Of a stretch of DNA of 64,000 nt, positions 59,180-64,000 are shown in pieces (within the stretch, counting starts at the first letter, position 1; every line of letters starts with the position of its first letter). A program made the position numbers and the translations under genes. The stretch is from Eledone cirrhosa. Its lineage: Eukaryota. Below the pieces are notes generated by a model. It searched no databases and was not told the DNA's origin. It saw nothing but the letters and a program-made list of their open reading frames with translations. Where the stretch lies: positions 25,916,001 through 25,980,000 of the forward strand of contig OZ024747.1 in NCBI GenBank assembly GCA_964016885.1, read 5' to 3'.

Positions 59180-59180
<1 letters not shown>
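58831..59180 (-). mobile_element. Two ATT-family SINEs (58831-59020 full length, 59068-59180 truncated)
   Basis: Same consensus as 57845-58035. Confidence 0.92.
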
Positions 59181-59237
<57 letters not shown>

Positions 59238-59239
<2 letters not shown>

Positions 59240-61723
59240 CAACCAGAAGATGCTGTTTGGACAGCTTGAGGGGAAAGAAAGAGGCAACGACTTGATCCCT
59301 GGGACGGAACAAGCTAAAACATTCTGGAGAGGAATATGGGAGCAGGATGTTAGACACAATGCCCAGGCAGGGTGGATTGAGACAGTACAGAGGGAGATCG
59401 GTGAGCAGGCACAGCAACAGACTGATTTGAGTATCACAGTTGAAACTCTTAAGGGGCAAGCCAAAAAACTAACCAACTGGAAATCACCAGGCCCAGATGG
59501 TGTGCAGGGGTATTGGATTAAACATTTAACATCCCTCCACCCGAAGCTGACGGCCATGTTCAATGACTGCTTGGTGTCGGGTGAGGTGCCAGAGTGGTTG
59601 ACAAAAGGTACCACAGTTCTGATAATGAAAGACCGAATCAAGGGTAATGATGTTACCAACTATAGACCTATCACATGTCTGCCCGTAATGTGGAAACTGT
59701 TGACGAGCATTGTGTCTGAGGAAATCTACCATCACCTCCACACAAACAACTTGTTGCCGGACGAACAGAAAGGATGCCGAAAGAAGTCACGTGGTACAAA
59801 GGACCAGTTGCTTATTGATAAGATGGTAATGGGGAATTGCAGGAGGAGACACACTGATCTTGCCATGGGATGGATAGACTACAGAAAGGCATTTCACATG
59901 GTGCCTCATTCCTGGATCACCAAAAGCCTGGAGATCTTCAGGGTGGCAGATAACATCAGACAGTTGCTGGGCAGGAGTATGGGGTCCTGGGAGACAGAGT
60001 TGACATCAACTGGAGTATCCTTGGGAAGCGTGAAGATCAAGAGAGGTATCTTCCAGGGAGATAGCCTGTCCCCTCTGTTGTTTGTCCTTGCCCTGATGCC
60101 CTTGACTATTATGCTGCGAAAAGTGAGAGCAGGATACAAGTTGGGAAGGGGAGAGCTTACCATCAATCACCTCCTCTTCATGGACGATCTTAAGCTCTTC
60201 GGGAAAAGTGAGAAGGAGTTGGATGTGCTTGTTGACACTGTCCGTATTTTCAGCAGTGATATATGTATGCAGTTTGGTATTGGTAAATGTGGAGTCATTG
60301 TGATGAGGAGGGGTAGGTTGTGCAGAAGTAACGGGATCCAGATACCAACAGGTGAGATGATAAAGGAAATTGACTCTGAGGAAGGATACAAGTATTTGGG
60401 CGTTCTGGAGGCTGATGGCATAAAGAACAAAAAAATGAAGGAATTGTTAAGAACTGAATACATTCGGAGAGTAAGGAGCGTATTGAAGTCACATCTGAAC
60501 AGCAGAAATGCCATAAGCGCAGTAAATTCCCGAGCTGTGTCTATTATTAGGTACAGTGCGGGAATTCTGAGATGGAATGTTGCTGAACAAAAAGAAATGG
60601 ATAGGAAGACTAGGAAGCTATTGACTATCTACAACATGTTCCACAAGAGGAGTGATGTCGATAGACTCTACCTAAGGAGATCTGAGGGTGGAAGAGGTCT
60701 TATCAGCATAGAGGACTGTGTTCAGATGGAGAAAAACAACCTATACAAATACGTGACCTATAGTAAGGAGCCAATGCTCAGAGCTGTACTGAAGGAGGGG
60801 ACAGTAGGCCAGGGGATATCCAAGGAGGAAATAACATCAAGGAGGAAGAGCAGCCTTAAGGGAAAACCCCTTCATAGTACCTTCTTTGAGAAAACTGAAT
60901 TTAGAGATCCACTGACATGGAACTGGTTGAGAAGAGGAGACCTCAAAAAGGCTACAGAAGGAATGCTAATGGCTGCGCAGGAGCAGGCCCTCAAAACGAA
61001 GTGGTTGAAGCACCATATCTACAAGGAGGAGGCTAGCCCACTGTGCAGGATCTGTGGAGAGAGAGAGGAGACTGTGGCTCACATTGTGTCCGAGTGTAAA
61101 CACCTAGCCCAGACCCACTATAAGGGCTGGAGACACGATGTGATGGGCAGGGTGATCCACTGGCACCTGTGCAAAGTAAACAATCTACCACATTCTGAGA
61201 AATGGTATGAGCATAGGCCAGAGGCGGTGATGGAGAACAGTCAGGTGAAGGTGCTGTGGGATTTTAGGATACAGACGGACAAAAAACTGGAACACGATAG
61301 ACCTGACCTGGTGGTTGTGGACAAAGAAAAAAGATCGTGCCTGATTGTGGATGTGGCCTGCCCGTTCGACACGAGAGTGCAAGAGAAGGAGAGGGAGAAA
61401 ATTAACCGATACCAGGACCTAAAGTGGGAGGTGAAAAGGATTTGGAACTGCCATGAAGTCAAAGTGATCCCGATTGTCATAGGCGCACTGGGGACTATCT
61501 CCAAAGGTTTCCAGGGATGGTTAAAGAAAATCGGCCCCTTCACGCTTTTTGGAACGCTTCAAAAGGCATGCTTGCTTGGAACGGCAAGAACCCTCCGATA
61601 CGTCCTCAATATCTGAGGCTGCAGGTAGTGGCTTGATATTCAATCCAACGGACTTTCCAGTTAACCAACATCAATGACTGAGATTCAAGGAATAACAATA
61701 ACAATAATAATAATAATAATAAT
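59238..61723 (+). mobile_element. 5'-truncated family E LINE (788-aa open frame)
   Basis: Near-identical to 43718-46100; (TAA)n on both sides. Confidence 0.96.
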
Positions 61724-63618
61724 AATGGGGAATTGCAGGAGGAGACACACTGATCTTGCCATGGGATGGATAGACTACAGAAAGGCATTTGACATGGTGC
61801 CTCATTCCTGGATCACCAAAAGCCTGGAGATCTTCAGGGTGGCGGATAACATCAGACAGTTGCTAGGCAGGAGTATGGGTCCTGGGAGACAGAGTTGACA
61901 TCAACTGGAGTATCCTTGGGAAGCGTGAAGATCAAGAGAGGTATCTTCCAGGGAGATAGCCTGTCCCCTCTGTTGTTTGTCCTTGCCCTGATGCCCTTGA
62001 CCATTATGCTGCGAAAAGTGAGAGCAGGATACAAGTTGGGAAGGGGAGAGCTTACCATAAATCACCTCCTCTTCATGGACGATCTTAAGCTCTTCGGGAA
62101 AAGTGAGAAGGAGTTGGATGTGCTTGTTGACACTGTCCGTATTTTCAGCAGTGATATATGTATGCAGTTTGGTATTGGTAAATGTGGAGTCATTGTGATG
62201 AAGAGGGGTAGGTTGAGCAGAAGTAACGGGATCCAGATACCAACAGGTGAGATGATAAAGGAAATTGACTCTGAGGAAGGATACAAGTATTTGGGCGTTC
62301 TGGAGGCTGATGGCATAAAGAACAAAAAAATGAAGGAATTGTTAAGAACTGAATACATTCGGAGAGTAAGGAGCGTATTGAAGTCACATCTGAACAGCAG
62401 AAATGCCATAAGCGCAGTAAATTCCCGAGCTGTGTCTATTATTAGGTACAGTGCGGGAATTCTGAGATGGAATGTTGCCGAACAGAAAGAAATGGATAGG
62501 AAGACTAGGAAGCTATTGACTATCTACAACATGTTCCACAAGAGGAGTGATGTCGATAGACTCTACCTAAGGAGATCTGAGGGTGGAAGAGGTCTTATCA
62601 GCATAGAGGACTGTGTTCAGATGGAGAAAAACAACCTATACAAATACGTGACCTATAGTAAGGAGCCAATGCTCAGAGCTGTACTGAAGGAGGGGACAGT
62701 AGGCCAGGGGATGTCCAGGGAGGAAATAACATCAAGGAAGAAGAGCAGCCTTAAGGGAAAACCCCTTCATAGTACCTTCTTTGAGAAAACTGAATTTAGA
62801 GATCCACAGACATGGAACTGGTTGAGAAGAGGAGACCTCAAAAAGGCTACAGAAGGAATGCTAATGGCTGCGCAGGAGCAGGCCCTCAAAACGAAGTGGT
62901 TGAAGCACCATATCTACAAGGAGGAGGCCAGCCCACTGTGCAGGATCTGTGGAGAGAGAGAGGAGACTGTGGCTCACATTGTGTCCGAGTGTAAACACCT
63001 AGCCCAGACCCACTATAAGGGCTGGAGACACGATGTGATGGGCAGGGTGATCCACTGGCACCTGTGCAAAGTAAACAATCTACCACATTCTGAGAAATGG
63101 TATGAGCATAGGCCAGAGGCGGTGATGGAGAACAATCAGGTGAAGGTGCTGTGGGATTTTAGGATACAGACGGACAAAAAACTGGAACACAATAGACCTG
63201 ACCTGGTGGTTGTGGACAAAGAAAAAAGATCGTGCCTGATTGTGGATGTGGCCTGCCCGTTCGACACGAGAGTGCAAGAGAAGGAGAGGGAGAAAATTAA
63301 CCGATACCAGGACCTAAAGTGGGAGGTGAAAAGGATTTGGAACTGCCATGAAGTCAAAGTGATCCCGATTGTCATAGGCGCACTGGGGACTATCTCCAAA
63401 AGTTTCCAGGGATGGTTAAAGAAAATCGGCCCCTTCACGCTTTTTGGAACGCTTCAAAAGGCATGCTTGCTTGGAACAGCAAGAACCCTCCGATACGTCC
63501 TGAATATCTGAGGCTGCAGGTAGTGGCTTGATATTCAATCCAACGGACTTTCCAGTTAACCAACATCAATGACTGAGATTCAAGGAATAACAATAACAAT
63601 AATAATAATAATAATAAT
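61724..63618 (+). mobile_element. 5'-truncated family E LINE, tandem with the previous copy
   Basis: Starts at MGNCRRRH; frameshift in a G-run near 61877; same 3'UTR and tail. Confidence 0.96.
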
Positions 63619-64000
63619 AGAAACTGGCTAAGAAATGGCAAGAAAAGCCTCTATATGGAAAATACCCAGAGCGAGCTAACAATCCTGATGTTGACAAAAC
63701 TTTAACCCATCAGTGGTTGGCATCCTCTGGACTGAAATCGGAGACTGAAGGACTGATTATATCGGCACAAGATCAGTGTCTGCCAACAAAAAATTACCAA
63801 CCCAACATAATAAAAAATGGGTGCAGCCCATTATGCCGTGTATGCAAAAAACAACCAGAGACCATTGACCATATAATTTCAATGTGCAGTCCGAATACCT
63901 AATCAGGTATGACAGAGCTGCACAATACATACATTGGATAATGTGTAGGCATTTTGACCTGCCCCATCAAAAGAATTGGTGGGAGCATCAACCACCTCCC
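63619..64000 (+). mobile_element. 5'-truncated family D LINE running off the window
   Basis: KLAKKWQEKPLYGKY..ASSGLKSETEG, matching copy D. Confidence 0.93.

Overview
Repeat-saturated animal genomic DNA, most likely cephalopod/Octopus. This is an inference from the SINE families and the density of (TA)/(CA)/(TATG)/(AAC) microsatellites. No host gene can be called confidently; there are only two weak candidate exons. The window is a nest of retroelements: (1) Tx1/L1-clade LINEs of two families (ORF1 with RRM-like segment and CCHC knuckle; ORF2 APE-RT-zf), tailed with (ATT)n. (2) At least 7 recent R4/Dong-type RLE LINE copies of two families, tailed with (TAA)n, one with an intact 1130-aa ORF. 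(3) Three Penelope-like (GIY-YIG) elements or fragments. (4) Three CRE-type 3' fragments. (5) Two tRNA-derived SINE families. Most notable observations: a conserved 52-54-nt GT-AG intron-like spacer whose removal fuses Tx1 ORF1 in frame to ORF2; a SINE sharing its 3' end and (ATT)n target with Tx1; chains of Tx1, SINE and Dong built on the two strands of the same TAA/ATT repeat; several minimal type-I hammerhead ribozyme motifs, including a back-to-back palindromic pair and U3-A8 core variants; and a triplicated E2F/E-box/CCAAT cassette in a Penelope 3' region. All structures and alignments were read by eye, and boundaries of degenerate repeats are approximate.
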